From Octopus vulgaris (lineage: Eukaryota): a stretch of 64,000 nt of DNA. Positions 40,415-53,620 of the stretch are shown in pieces. Below the pieces are notes generated by a model. That model saw nothing but the letters and a program-made list of their open reading frames with translations. It was not told where the DNA came from and did not search any database. Where the stretch lies: NCBI GenBank assembly GCA_951406725.2, contig OX597819.1:122822001-122886000 (forward strand), given 5' to 3'. Position 1 is the first letter of the stretch. Each line of letters opens with the position of its first letter. The position numbers were made by a program, and so were the translations under genes.

Positions 40415-40829
40415 GACGCAGGAGTGGCTGTTTGGTAAATAGCTTGCTAACCAACCACATGGTTCTGGGTTCAGTCCCACTGCGTGGCACCTTGGCTAAG
40501 TGTCTTCTACTATAGCCTCGGGTCGACCAAAGCCTTGTGAGTGGATTTGGTAGAGGGAAACTGAAAGAAGCCCGTCGTATATGTATATATATGTATATGT
40601 ATGTGTGTATGTGTTTGTGTGTCTGTGTTTGCCCCACCAACATCGCTTGACAACCGATGCTGCTGTGTTTACGTCCCCGTCACTTAGCGGTTCGGCAAAA
40701 GAGACCGATTGAATAAGTACTAGTATAACAAAGCTCTGGGGACGATTTGCTCAACTAAAAGGCGGTGCTCCAGCATGGCCGCAGTCAAATGACTGAAACA
40801 AGTAAAAGAATAAAAGAATAAAAAAGAAT
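40415..40829 (+). mobile_element. SINE family A, full length
   Basis: Complete head through tail. Confidence 0.92.
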
Positions 40830-41034
40830 ATGTTACAACTGCCATAGTTGTGTGGTTAAGCAGCTTTATATCTACGTGGCGTCGGGTTCGGCTTAGTTGC
40901 TCTGCATCTTAGGCAAGTATTTCTACTTTTCTGCTTTAACCGACAAGTAACTTGTTACTCAATTTGGTAGGCAGAAACTTTGTGGAAGCTCGCCGTATAC
41001 ATACACACAAGCGCACACACACACACATATATAT

Positions 41035-41269
41035 ATTTCTTTACTACCCACAAGGGGCTACACACAGAGGGGACAAACAAGGACAGACAAACGGATTAAG
41101 TCGATTAAATCGACTCCAGTGCGTAACTGGTACTTAATTTATCGACTCCGAAAGGATGAAAGGCAAAGTCGACCTCGGCGGAATTTGAACCCAGAACGTA
41201 GCGGCAGACGAAATACGGCTACGCATTTCGCCCGGCGTGCTAACGTTTCTGCCAGCTCGCGTATACACA

Positions 41270-41324
<55 letters not shown>

Positions 41325-41745
41325 TTATGCAGACAGACGCACAGGGTATTTTGACTGTCAGTCCGTACTCAAATAAGTCCATTTGTTTGCTGATATTTCC
41401 ATGATCTTTGTCTGTCCTTGTTTGTCCCCTTTATGTTTAGTCCCTTGTGGCCAATAAAGAAATAAGAAACGTTAGCGGTTCTTCGTCTGTCTTTATGTTC
41501 TGAGTTCAAATTTCCCCGAGATCGAATTTGCCTTTCATCCTTTCGGGGTCGATAAATTAAGTACATGTTGCGTACTGGGGTCGATGTAATCGACTTATCC
41601 GTTTGTCAGTCCTTGTTTTTCCCCTCTCTGTTTAGCCCCTTGTGGGTAATAAAGAAGCATATATGTTGCGTACTGGGGTCGATCTAATCGACTGGTCCCC
41701 CCGCCCTAAAAATTTCGAGCCTTGTGCCTTTAGTAGAAAAGTATA
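41035..41745. mobile_element. SINE family B copies (41035-41260 minus; 41405-41745 plus, composite)
   Basis: B head, core and tail matches. Confidence 0.85.
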
Positions 41746-42165
41746 TTTCTTTGATCTTTGTTTTCGAAGATGTACAATATTCCATCTCTTATCATCTTAC
41801 ACAACATAACAACGGCTAATTCATCCTTGCAAGTGGCCGCAAGTTCAGGTATGCTCCTGCTAATACAACTTGATGAAAGTAGGTGATTAGCAGTATTTAA
41901 TTATTGCCTAGCGAAACTTCCGCCGTCGGTGTTTCGAAGTATTTTGACCTGCGGTGAATCCGATATATTTCAAACGCTGGCAGCACACTAAAGTGGACTA
42001 AAGGAAACGAGATCATGTTGGATGCTCAAATATACTGGCGAATCTGTCGGCTATGTTGTTTAGGGTTCCAGTTGATTTGATCAACGGAACAGCCTGCTTG
42101 CGTTGATCAAATCATGATGTTAAAAATTTGGTAAATAAGTTGGGGTTTTTTTGATAAAAATAATT

Positions 42166-42612
42166 GGATCTTTTCGGTTTGAACGGCAGTTTTTTCTAGC
42201 GGTGTCATATGAAATTGTCACCCATATTTATGACCCTAGTATCGATCTATTGCATTTCAATCTGTTTTAGGGTTAGGGTTAGTAAGGATTAGTTAGGGTT
42301 AGTTAGGGTTAGGGGTGGGGAAAGGGTATCATTTTTTCTTCACAAATGTAAATAAACCCAAACTGTTTCTTAAACGAGGGACATATTCATACGGCACAGA
42401 ATGTTTTCACCTCCAATAGACGTCATTGATTGGTTGAAATTGCAGAAATTGAAGAAAAAAAACAAGGAATATCTTACAAACTATAGAATTTTCTCAATAA
42501 AGCCAGGAGAAAAAGATTTTTAATAAACACATTCTACTAGTATACGAAGTTTAAAATTTTTTTAGTTACCTAGAAATCATGTTAAAAACTGCCGTTCAAA
42601 CCGTAAAGATCC
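42166..42612. mobile_element. MITE with ~29-bp TIRs and internal TTAGGG-like repeats
   Basis: GGATCTTTTCGGTTTGAACGGCAGTTTTT ... AAAAACTGCCGTTCAAACCGTAAAGATCC. Confidence 0.85.
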
Positions 42613-43029
42613 AACATAATTAGTCAGTGAACTTTTTCATTACCACTTTGTATGATACGAATTTTCTGGCTTCTTACTTAAAAAATACCCGACAAATTTA
42701 CGTGCATGTAGCTGAGCACTCCACAGACACGTGTACCCTGAACACAGATTTGAGACAGATTAAGCATAGCACAAAGTGTGACAAGGCTGAGTGTTTTCAA
42801 ATACAGGTACAACTCATTTTCGTCAGCTGAAGTGACGGGAGCAACGTGAAATAAAGTGTCTTGCTTAATGATAAAACGCAGCGCCAAGAATCGAAATCGC
42901 GACCATGCGATCGAATATTCTAATCACGAAGCCACGCACCTTCACAGGCTGCTTAGATAGATTACCAAGAAATACTTGTGCTGGTGAAAAAGTTTATAGT
43001 AACTGCAGAGTGGTATGAACGAAGTTTAA

Positions 43030-43633
43030 GGCGGCGAGCTGGCAGAAACGTTAGCGCGCCGGGCGAAACGCTTAGCGGTATTTCGTCTGCCGCTACGTTC
43101 TGAGTTCAAATTCCGCTAAGATCGACTTTGCCGTTCATCCTTTCGGGGTCGATAAATTAAGTACCAGTTACGCACTGGGGTCGATGTAATCGACTTAATA
43201 CCTATGTCTGTCCTTGTTTGTCTTCTCTGTGTTTAGCCCCTTGTGGGTAATAAAGAAATAGGTATTTCGTCTGCGTTACGTTGTGAGTTCAAATTCCGCC
43301 GAGGTCGACTTTGCCTTTCATCCTTTCGAGGTCGATAAATTAAGTACCAGTTACGCACTGGGGTCGATGTAATCGACTTAATACCTATGTCTGTCCTTGT
43401 TTGTCCCCTCTGTGTTTAGCCCCTTGTGGGTAATAAAGAAATAGAAATAGGTATTTCGTCTGCCGCTACGCTCTGAGTTCAAATTCCGCCAAGGTCGACT
43501 TTGTCTTTCATCCTTCCGGGGTCGATTAAATAAGTACCAGTTACGCACTGGGGTCGACATAATCGACTTAATCCGTTTGTCTGTCCTTGTTTGTCCTCTC
43601 TATCTTTAGCCCCATGTGGGTAGTAAAGAAATA
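43030..43633 (+). mobile_element. SINE family B trimer
   Basis: One head and three tails; internal junctions at 43260/1 and 43449/50; TSD GGTATGAACGAAGTT at 43012-43026 and 43634-43648. Confidence 0.92.
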
Positions 43634-44328
43634 GGTATGAACGAAGTTCACTTTATGGAAAATATTCTCCAGTTAACAGTGTGTACGAATGAATCGACTC
43701 ACTTGAATGACAAGGTGTTCATGAAACAATCGAGAGAGAGGGTTGAATTACCTGTACTTCTGTGACAGAAGCAGGAAGAGTGCAGCGTAGGGGAAACCTT
43801 CTCAAAAGCCACAGATTTGACTGTTGAACATCGGAATCAAAGAATGGGGAATCCCCGACAATTACAAATGAAAACATTTGCAACAAATTAGTCTTGATCT
43901 AAAAGGGAATCCCCCGCCAATCTGATAGGATTTGGTTCTGCAGTGTGCGCATGTGTCCTGCTCAAGTATTTCCTAGAGGACTTTTTAATAGCCAATCATC
44001 CGACAAAAACACACACACACACATGATGGTGTTGACTCGCGTACACACACACGCACACACACACACACACACACATAGATTTTTCACGAGCTTCTGGACA
44101 GTTTTCATCTGGTATTTTTTATTCACAATGTCTTAATTAACCTAAGGCACTTGCTTAAACTACTGTACAGCAGAATTGAACACTGAACCACTTGGTTACG
44201 AATTCGACTTCTTGAACACACACTTATCCCTATACCCTTTTGTTAAACATTAGAAAACGAAACCCTTTTTTTGCAGAAAACTGACAAAGTTTGTAGAAAT
44301 CTTTACTGCAATATGAATTTGACATATT

Positions 44329-44743
44329 TATTTCTTTATTGCCCACAGGGGGCTAAACATAGAGGGGACAAAGAAGGACAGACAAAGAGATTAAGTCGAT
44401 TATATCGACCCTAGTGTGTAACTGGTACTTATTTAATCGACCCCGAAAGGATGAAAGGCAAAGTCGACCACGGCGGAATTTGAACTCAGAACGTAGGGGC
44501 AGACGAAATACCTATTTCTTTACCACCCACAACGGGCTAAACACAGAGAGGACAATCAAGGACAGACAAATGGATTAAATCGATTATATCGACCCCAGTC
44601 CGTAACTGGTACTTATTTAATCGACCCCGAAAGAATGAAAGGCAAAGTCGACCTCGGCGAAATTTGAACTCAGAACGTAGCGGCAGACGAAATTCCGCTA
44701 AGCATTTGGCCCGGCGTGCTAACGGTTCTGCCAGCTCGCCGCC
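44329..44743 (-). mobile_element. SINE family B dimer
   Basis: Junction at 44512/3. Confidence 0.9.
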
Positions 44744-44861
44744 ATTATCCAACATATTGTCGAATATCTTTTAAAGTAAGAAACCAGTAAATTCTCATCA
44801 TACGAAGCGGTATAAAAAAAAGTTCCCTGACTAGTTATGTTTAATAAAAATAATAACTTTT

Positions 44862-45238
44862 AGGAGTGGCTGTGTGGTAAGTAGCTTGGTTAAGAACCAC
44901 ATGGTTCGAGGTTCAGTCCCACTGCGTGGCACCTTGGGCAAGTGTCTTCTACTATAGCCTCAAGCCAACCTTGTGATTGGATTTGGTAGACGGAAACAGA
45001 AACAAGCCTGCCGTATATATATGTGTGTGTGTGTGTGTTTGTGTGTCGCCCCAACATCGCTGGACAACCGATGTTGGTGTGTTTAAGTCCCCGTAACTTA
45101 GCTGTTCGGCAAAAAGAGTCCGAAAGAATAAGTACTAGGCTTACAAAGAATAAGTCCTAGGGTCGATTCGCTCGACAAGAGGCGGTGCTCCAGCATGGCC
45201 ACAGTCACTAGACTGAAACCAGTAAAAGAGTAAGAGTA
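44862..45238 (+). mobile_element. SINE family A
   Basis: Head-to-tail match. Confidence 0.9.
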
Positions 45239-46114
45239 TTTACCTAATTTTTTATCATTATCTCCTTCGAAAAGTCACCTTGCGCAGGTGACAAGCAGTA
45301 AAATTACCCCCCGTGACATTGGGGGTTAATTTTACTCATAATTCGAAAGAATCAGTGGAAACATCTCGAACACAACTTTAACCCCACTTCTTCCTATCAA
45401 GAACTATTGACGTAGAGATGCACGTCACGTGTAGCCCATTGATCTTCAAGTTAATGATTTCGCCATTTCGCATACGGCAGAATGTGAAATCAGTAATATA
45501 CATTAATGAAAGTCCTGGAATGCATTGCGTGCGGCTTACTGTTATGTTAGCTAAAACCAACATAACTATTAATAGTCAGTGCAGCAGGTCACTTCAATAC
45601 GAAGCAATATGTTGCGGATTGTATCTGCTTGTTAGGCCGTCCAACTACCTTTCAACATGGCTAGTTGCGAGTCTCAGTTCAAAAATATCAATCAACTTAA
45701 TGTTATGTTTGTTGATCGAAATGTTAGATAAGTTTGGGAAATTAACTACACGAGGAAAGATATAGTAAAAATACACTTGTTTGCAGCCTAATCCTTAGAC
45801 CTCTCGTCTGTAGCTACATAAATCACTGTTCTAAATCGATTTAAAGATTATATTAATAGCATGATTTACTTTTTGCTGCGTATGGTTTTTTTTTCTTCAG
45901 TATTTATTTGTAGTTATTTGTGTACTTATTCACTCAATTTTATCAATCATTAAGATCAAGAAACCCCCAAATAACGTGATTGGTACGCTGACTAGTTAAT
46001 AGACGTGTACCGTATTTGAGTTAATATTGTATTCTTGTTGTAGTCCGAAAGATCACGGTTCGCAATACACTATTGGTTTCGACCTGTGCGGTCCAGGTTC
46101 GACTAATTGTAAAT

Positions 46115-47362
46115 AACTTTTCTACTCTAGACACAAGGCCCGGAACATTTGGGGAGGGGCCAGTTGATTAGATGGACTCCAGTATGCAACTTGTACTTAA
46201 TTTATCGACCCCAAAGGGATTAAAAGCAAAGTCGACCTCGGTAGAATTTGAACTCAGAATGTAAAGACAGACAAAATACACATTTCTTTACTACCCACAA
46301 GGGGCAAAAACACAGAGAGGACAAACAAGGACAGACAAACGGATTAAGTCGATTATATCGGCTCCAGTGCGTAACTGGTACTTATTTAGTCGACCCCGAA
46401 AGGATGAAAGACAAAGTCAACCACGGCGGAATTTGAACTCAGAACGTATCGGTAAACGAAATACCGGTAAAGATTTCGCCTGACTCGCTAACGTTTCTGC
46501 CAGCTCGCCGCCTTAAACTTCATTCATACCACTCTGCAGTTACTGTAAACACAGAGAGGACAAACAAGGACAGACAAAGGGATTAAGTTGATTATGTCGT
46601 CCCGAGTACGTAACTGGTACTTAATTTATCGACTCTGAGAGGATGAAAGGCAAAGTCGACCTAGGCGGAATTTGAACACAGAACGTAGCGACCCGCGAAA
46701 TACCCATTTCTTTACTACCCACAAGGGGCTAAAGACAAAGAGGACAAACAAGGACGGACAAACGGATTAGGTCGATTATATCGACCCCAGTGCATAACTG
46801 GTACATATTTGATCGACTCCGACAGGATGAAAGGCAAAGTCGACCTCGGCTGAATTTGAACTCAGAACGTAGCGGCAGACGAAATACCGCTACGAGTTCG
46901 CCCGGCGTGCTAACGTTTCTGCCAGCTCGCCGCCTTCTAAACATAATAATAAATAAATAATCTTTTCTTCTCTAGACACAAGGCCCGAAGTTTTTTTCTG
47001 GAGAGGGAGTCAGTCAATTAGATCGACTCCAGTACGCAACTGGTACTTAATTTATCGCCCCCGAAAGGATGAAAGGCAAAGTCGACCTCGGCGGAATTTG
47101 AACTCAGAACGTAGCGGCAGATGAAATACCAATTTCTTTACTACCCACAAGGGGCTAAACACAGAGAGGATAAACAAGGACAGAGAAACGGATTAAGTCG
47201 ATTATATCGACCCCAGTGCGTAACTGGTACTTATTTAATCGACCCCGAAAGGATGAAAGGCAAAGTCGACCTCGGCGGAATCTGAACTGAGAACTTAACG
47301 GCAGACGAAATACTGGTAAGCATTTCGCCCGGCGTGCTAACGATTCTGCCAGCTCGCTGCCT
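46115..47362 (-). mobile_element. Cluster of three SINE B composite dimers
   Basis: Tail/GGTATTT-type junctions near 46281, 46704 and 47130. Confidence 0.9.
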
Positions 47363-47392
47363 TACTAATTATAAATAACTACCATGTGAATT

Positions 47393-47709
47393 ATGGAGGC
47401 ATATGGCAGAGTGGTTAAAGCAGTGGACTCGCGGTCGAGGCATCGCGGGTTTGAATCACAGACTGGGCCACATCTGTGTATATGTGAGGAACACCTAAGC
47501 TCCACACGGCTGCGGCAAAAAGTAATGACGAATTTCTGCTGACTCTTTCACCACAAATTTTTCTCACTCTTTCCTCCTGCATTTAGCAGCTCACCTGAGA
47601 TGGAATGGCATCCTGTCCTTGTTGGAAACCTATACGCCAATGAAACCGGCAAACCGGAAAATCGACCCTTACGAGCAAGGCATGGATCGAGAAGGAACAA
47701 ACAACAACC
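47393..47709 (+). mobile_element. SINE family C, tail type 3
   Basis: TSD CCATGTGAAT at 47382-47391 and 47710-47719. Confidence 0.88.
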
Positions 47710-48333
47710 CCATGTGAATCAATCGTTTGCAATAAAATATTTCACGAGTTTTTTGTAAGTTTCAAACACTGAGTTCAAATCTTCGCTTTTGTTTAACCTT
47801 TGCTGGCAGTTTCATGCTGCAGGACTGACTGACTTTCCTTAGTAACACGATACGATGACCAGGTTTCCAACTGGCAGCATTACTGTCTAAGGGCTTGCCT
47901 TCTATCTTTTACTTGTCTCAAGTATTTGTCTGCGGCCATGCTGTGGCACCGCCTTGACTGATTTTAGTTTAACAGATTACTCCAAGTCCTTATCTCTTGA
48001 GGCCCGGTACTTATTCTAATGGTCTCTTTTGCCAAATAACTTATGCACGGGGATGTAAACAAACCAAAATCGGTTGTCAAATGGTGGTGTAGAAACACAG
48101 GTACAAAGGCAAGTATACACACACACACATATACAATATACACATTTACATATAGAGTGTTAACAGTGAGTTCGAAGTTTTGACCTGCGAGCATTTGTCG
48201 GATAGGTAAACAGACCGAAACGTTGAAGTCATTATCATTCTTGCTATAAAAGTGTAATGAATAAGTGATCTACTATAGGTACTGAATATGTTTCCAGTTT
48301 AATGTTAAGTTGTTTTGTTATAACTTGATATAA

Positions 48334-48970
48334 AGGAGCGAGCTGGCAGAATCGTTAGCAAGCCGGGCGAAAAGCTTTACAGCATTTCCTCTGTCTTTAC
48401 GTTATGAGTTCAGATTCTGCCGAGATCAACTTTACGTTTCATCCTTTCGGAGTCGATACAAAATTTCATTCTATCCACTCGTATCAATTTCATGTATTTT
48501 TCCCCGCCTGAAAAACTGCAAGACCTGTGCCAAAATTGGAAACCATTGGAACTCGACTGAAAAACAAACATTATTATAAGGCGGCGAGCTGACAGAAACG
48601 TTAGGGCGCCGGGCGAAATGCGTAGCCGCATTTCGTCTGCCGTTACGCTCTGAGTTCAAATTCCGCCGAGGTCGACTTTGCCTTTCATCCTTTCAGGGTC
48701 AATGAATTAAGTTACGCACTGGGTTCGATATAATCGACTTAATCTGTTTGTCTGTCCTTGTTTGTCCTCTATGTGTTTAGCTCCTTGTGGGTGGTAAAGA
48801 AATAGGTATTTCACTCATTGCTCCATTCTGAGTTCAACTTCCACCGAGGTCGACTTTGCCTTTCATCCTTTCGGGGTCGATAAATTAAGTACCAGTGAGA
48901 CACTGGGGTCGATGTAACAGACTAGTCCCGAAATTTCAAGGCCTAGTGCCTTCAGTAGAACGGATTATCT
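48334..48970 (+). mobile_element. SINE family B copies (old monomer plus a composite dimer at 48580-48970)
   Basis: Junction at 48804/5. Confidence 0.88.
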
Positions 48971-49257
48971 TATATAGACCCACACTCCCTCATACACGCA
49001 TATAGGGTTCCCAGATTTCAAATACATGAATATATAATTGTTTTGATTACTTTTAATGGACAGAAAGTAAAAAATGTGTGTAGAGACCGAGAGTTTCATA
49101 CGTAATACTTAATAAATGGCATGAATGAAACACTCGACCCATGAAATACTTTTGTAACTTTTTGATCATTAAAAGTATAACACATATATTTATGCGTAGA
49201 TGTATGATTGCACACACGCATACACACACACACACGCGTGTGTGTGTGTGTGCAGTT

Positions 49258-49548
49258 ATTGTTGGGTCCTTGTCGAGCCATACCTGGCTCAGAAGGGCCG
49301 GTTTCCCGTATAGATTCCCCACCTGGGCGTTATGCCGGTCCGTCGCAGGTGAGCTGCTAGATGCAGGAGGAAAGAGTGAGAGAAAGTTGTGGCGAAAGTG
49401 TCAGCAAAAGTTCGCCATTACCTTCTGCCGGAGCCGCGTGGAGCTTAGGTGTTTCGCTCATAAACACACACATCGCCCGTTCTGTGATTCGAACCCACAA
49501 TCCCTCGACCGCGAGTCCGCTGCTCTAACCACTCGCCCATGTACCCCC
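49258..49548 (-). mobile_element. SINE family C, tail type 3
   Basis: Reverse match to the family; same orientation as 37007-37311. Confidence 0.88.
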
Positions 49549-50578
49549 ATCACACACATATATGTATGTGTTTAAATTTTCTCACTCTTACATGCATGCA
49601 CTCACACTAACTGAACTCTTATCTTGCAGTAATAAGGAAAAAAGCTGCATCAACAAACGCGAGCATTACTATCATGTCACAGCCTCCAAAATAAACTGCA
49701 GTTTCTATCTCCACCCACGACCACCCAGCCGTACACCCCTACATTAACACCCGTTCATGTAGTTGCTCAGGTAATCATACCCGAGCAACTGAAGCAAAAT
49801 AAATAATTAAAAAAATAAGTAAAAAAACAAATAAACATATAGTTTCCTTTGCTAACAAAATCAATATCAGATATCTTGGAGAAAAATATTTTTGTCCTAA
49901 ACGTTAATCGAATTGGATCGAAATCGATTTCTTCCTTGCTTTTATGTAAACAATCTAAGACATACATAAATACGATCTTGCACACAGAAAAACGCACTGA
50001 CAAGAATTATGCACGCGCACGCTGATATGGAACTCTTCCTATATTGACGAGTGAGCGATTGTACAAATGATATGCGTTTATAAACAAACAGCAATGCAAA
50101 TTACAAATACACACGCACACATCAACCAACTCACACACGTACATAATGCGCATTTCGTATTTTTATTGGTTGCAGAAAAATGATGTACAACTGCTACGGT
50201 TTTTCAGTTCGATCCTATCGATTCACGAAGTTATTTTCGTTCGGTATTTATGCCATCAATCTCTATTTATCTATTTATCACCAATTTACGCATGGACATA
50301 AAGGGAGGTAAGCTGATACATTGATTTGCTTTGCCTAAAACGCAAATATAGAGACGCATGAGTGGCTGTGTGTGTGGTAAGAAATTTGCTTTCCAGCCAC
50401 ATGGTTCCGGGTTCTGTCTCATTACATTTCTGTTTAGGCAAGTGTCTCTACTATAGCCCATGGCAGACCAAAGCCCTATGAGTAGATTCATTAGATAGAA
50501 ACTGAAAGAAGCCTACGGTGTATATATATATATATATATATATATGGTGCCTCAACTTAAGTACCATATTCATCTGAA

Positions 50579-50635
<57 letters not shown>

Positions 50636-50638
50636 AAT

Positions 50639-50773
50639 CATAATTTAGGGTATCTAAGAGATACCTCCACGCTGGAAATAACAGCCAAAACTTGACTCTA
50701 AAAGCACATTAAAGTCAAGTTTTGGCTGCCATTTCCAGCGTGGAGGTATATCTTAGATACCCTAAATTATAAT
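50639..50773. repeat. Foldback inverted repeat between (TA)n tracts
   Basis: ATAATTTAGGGTATCTAAGAGATACCTCCACGCTGGAAAT..CAGCCAAAACTTGACT pairs with AGTCAAGTTTTGGCTG..ATTTCCAGCGTGGAGGTATATCTTAGATACCCTAAATTAT. Confidence 0.85.
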
Positions 50774-50850
50774 TTTAATAATAATTATTACCTTTGAAGG
50801 TTTTTTATTCCCATGCTGGCCACTTGATAAGATCCATATTTAAATTAACG

Positions 50851-50888
<38 letters not shown>

Positions 50889-51666
50889 CGTTAATTTAAA
50901 TATGGATCTTATCAAGACTTTAGAAGTTTTCGCTCAGTAAACACACACAACGCCCGGTCTGGGAATCGAAACCGTGATCCTCCGACCGCGAGCCCGCTGC
51001 CCTAACCACTGGGCCATTGCACCTCCAATAAGAGCTATAAGTATCACTAAACGTGACTGGTAATGTATATATACATGGTGTGTGTGTGTGTGTATGTGTG
51101 TGTGTGTGTATGTGTGTGTGTAGTTACAAGTTGAAGCACCCCAAAAGTCAATTACAAAAAAAGGTAGAAGTTATGACAGGCCTTGGCTATTGGGGTCGAC
51201 TAGAAAAGCGCAAGATTTATTCTCTTCAACGTCGCCATGCGCGTTATATCATCTGCATGATGTGGAAAATATTCCATCAGCAGTTCTCAAATGATATTGG
51301 CATGGACTTTAAGGTACACGTAAGGCTTGGGCCAACAACATAATTCACACTCGCATCTCATAACAACAATACGGCCCAATTTTTTAACCTCTATTGGCCC
51401 CGATCTCTTTAGTATTACAGCAAAACACATTAAAACAGAAACATACCCCATAAAGTTCAAGAAGTGATTGGACAAATTCCTCCAAGAAATTCCGGGTAAA
51501 CCTCGTAAACTCTTAAACCCAGATATGTCTTCGTAAGCAATGACCCTCTAATTAAGTTAGCCATGGCGTCTGGATCCTGATTTGAATGACTTCACCAGGT
51601 GGCGCTATTAAGTTAGACATAGCCTGGGCCAATACTGGCCGAACCCATCAAAGTGTGTGTGTGTGT

Positions 51667-51867
51667 AGGAGTGGCTGTGCATAGGTGCAGGAGTGGCTGT
51701 GTGGTAAGTAGCTTGCCTACCAACCACATGGTTCTGGGTTCAGTCCCACTGCGTGACAAATGTCTTCTACTATGGCCTCGAGGCGGCCAAAGCCTTGTGA
51801 GTGGATTTGGTAGAAGGAAACTTAAAGAAGTCCGTCTTATGTATATAAATATATATGTGTGTGTGTG

Positions 51868-51909
<42 letters not shown>

Positions 51910-52035
51910 TGTGTCTGTGTTGGTACCCCTCCACACACACACACACACACACACACAACCGATACTGGTGTGTTACTCCCGTACCTAGCGGTTCGGCAAA
52001 GAGACGACATAATAAGTACTAGCTTACAAAGAATG
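51667..52035 (+). mobile_element. SINE family A; its 3' end resumes at ~52580 after an insertion
   Basis: Head and body match. Confidence 0.85.
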
Positions 52036-52140
52036 AGTTGTCCACTGTCTTTCTACTCCTTATACATATATCCATTTTTCACGTTGTTTACGTATTTCCT
52101 CTTTTTATATACATACGTGTACTCGTGTAGCCATATATAT

Positions 52141-52199
<59 letters not shown>

Positions 52200-52209
52200 C
52201 ATGCACATC

Positions 52210-52265
<56 letters not shown>

Positions 52266-52632
52266 GTTCGTTTATTTAATTGAACGCCACGCATCCATTC
52301 CCAAGTAAGTATATACATACATACAAATATAGATATACATATAAATGCATATATATGTATATATATATATATAGTGAGAATTTACAAAAAAGCAAAAGAC
52401 GAAGACAGGTGTGTAAACAACAAACAGATGTATTAGTTTAACGCTCGGGGAGTGAGAAAGTCTTTTATGTTTCGAGCCTACGCTCTTTAGCAGAAAAGAA
52501 CACAGAAATAAACAGGGAGAGAAAATAGAAAAAGTTTTAGTGGCTAGCGATTTAGCTTGGCGAAGAATATATATACGTACCAGGGGCGATTTGTTCGACT
52601 GACCTAACAAGGTAGAGCCTCAGCATAGTTAA

Positions 52633-52745
52633 AGTCATGTGACTGGATGCAGTCATGTGACTGGATGCAGTCATGTGACTGGATGCAGTCATGTGACTGG
52701 ATGCAGTCATGTGACTGGATGCAGTCATGTGACTGGATGCAGTCA
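52633..52745. repeat. 18-bp minisatellite, 6 copies (AGTCATGTGACTGGATGC)
   Basis: Perfect tandem copies; produces the MTASSH ORF. Confidence 0.95.
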
Positions 52746-52881
52746 AGTGCTTCTGTAAATATATCTATTAGGATATATACGTGTTCCGTTCCAAATGGTT
52801 TGAGACATTTTTAGGAGATGCAATTATAGCTGTTCTAGATTATTGTAACTTTAGTTTATCATTTGTATACATCAAATAAGG

Positions 52882-53252
52882 GTGGAGGCGCAATGGCCCA
52901 GTGGTTAGGGCAGCGGACTCGCGGTCGGAGGATCGCGGTTTCGATTCCCAGACCGGGCATTGTGAGTGTTTATTGAGCGAAAACACCTAAAGCTCCGGCA
53001 GGGGATGGTGGTGAACCCTGCTGTACTCTTTCACCACAACTTTCTCTCGCTCTTCTTCCTGTTTCTCTTGTACCTGTATTTCAAAGGGCCGGCCTTGTCA
53101 CTCTCTGTGTCACGCTGAATATCCCCGAGAACTACGTTAAGGGTACACGTGTCTGTGGAGTGCTCAGCCACTTGCACGTTAATATCACGAGCAAGCTGTT
53201 CCGTTGATCGTATCAGCTGGGACCCTCATCGTCGCAACCGACGGAGTGCTCC
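52882..53252 (+). mobile_element. SINE family C, tail type 2, full length
   Basis: 15-bp TSD TATACATC(A/T)AATAAG at 52866-52880 and 53253-53267. Confidence 0.92.
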
Positions 53253-53384
53253 TATACATCTAATAAGCTGACCTGCTAAATTTTTATATAAGACTGAATG
53301 AGACGACTTTAACAGCACTTTGAACACACACCACTAAACACTACTTGTCTCAATCTCATCTTGGTAACTAACTACTTGACGGAA

Positions 53385-53620
53385 ATGGGTTTCAAAATTG
53401 TCTCTCGCCCTCCCTACAGTCAAGACCTTGCTCTCCGAGATTTTCGGTTTTCCAAGCTGAAGGAGAACCCCAGAGGACAGTCGTTTGGAAGAGGATGATA
53501 TTATGGAGGTTTATGAAAAAGTTAGCTATGGAAGAGTTCCATGAAGCCTTTCCAGAAGTGGCTAGAACGCTGCAACAATGAAATGAAATCAAAGAATCCT
53601 ATTCTGAGGAAGATTAAATT
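53385..53620 (+). pseudogene. Mariner (DD34D-type) transposase C-terminal remnant
   Basis: PPYSQDLALRDF (YSPDLAP motif), KLKENPRGQSF, AFQKWLERC. Confidence 0.7.

Noticed and set aside
42267-42320. True telomere or chromosome-fusion site
   Set aside because: The tract is short, degenerate and enclosed by MITE TIRs.
45418-45765. 115-aa ORF in unique-looking sequence
   Set aside because: It has no recognisable domain or convincing splice context.
52884-52956. tRNA gene-like sequence (also at the other SINE C heads)
   Set aside because: The acceptor stem is not closed and the sequence continues into a SINE body flanked by TSDs, so it is a SINE head.
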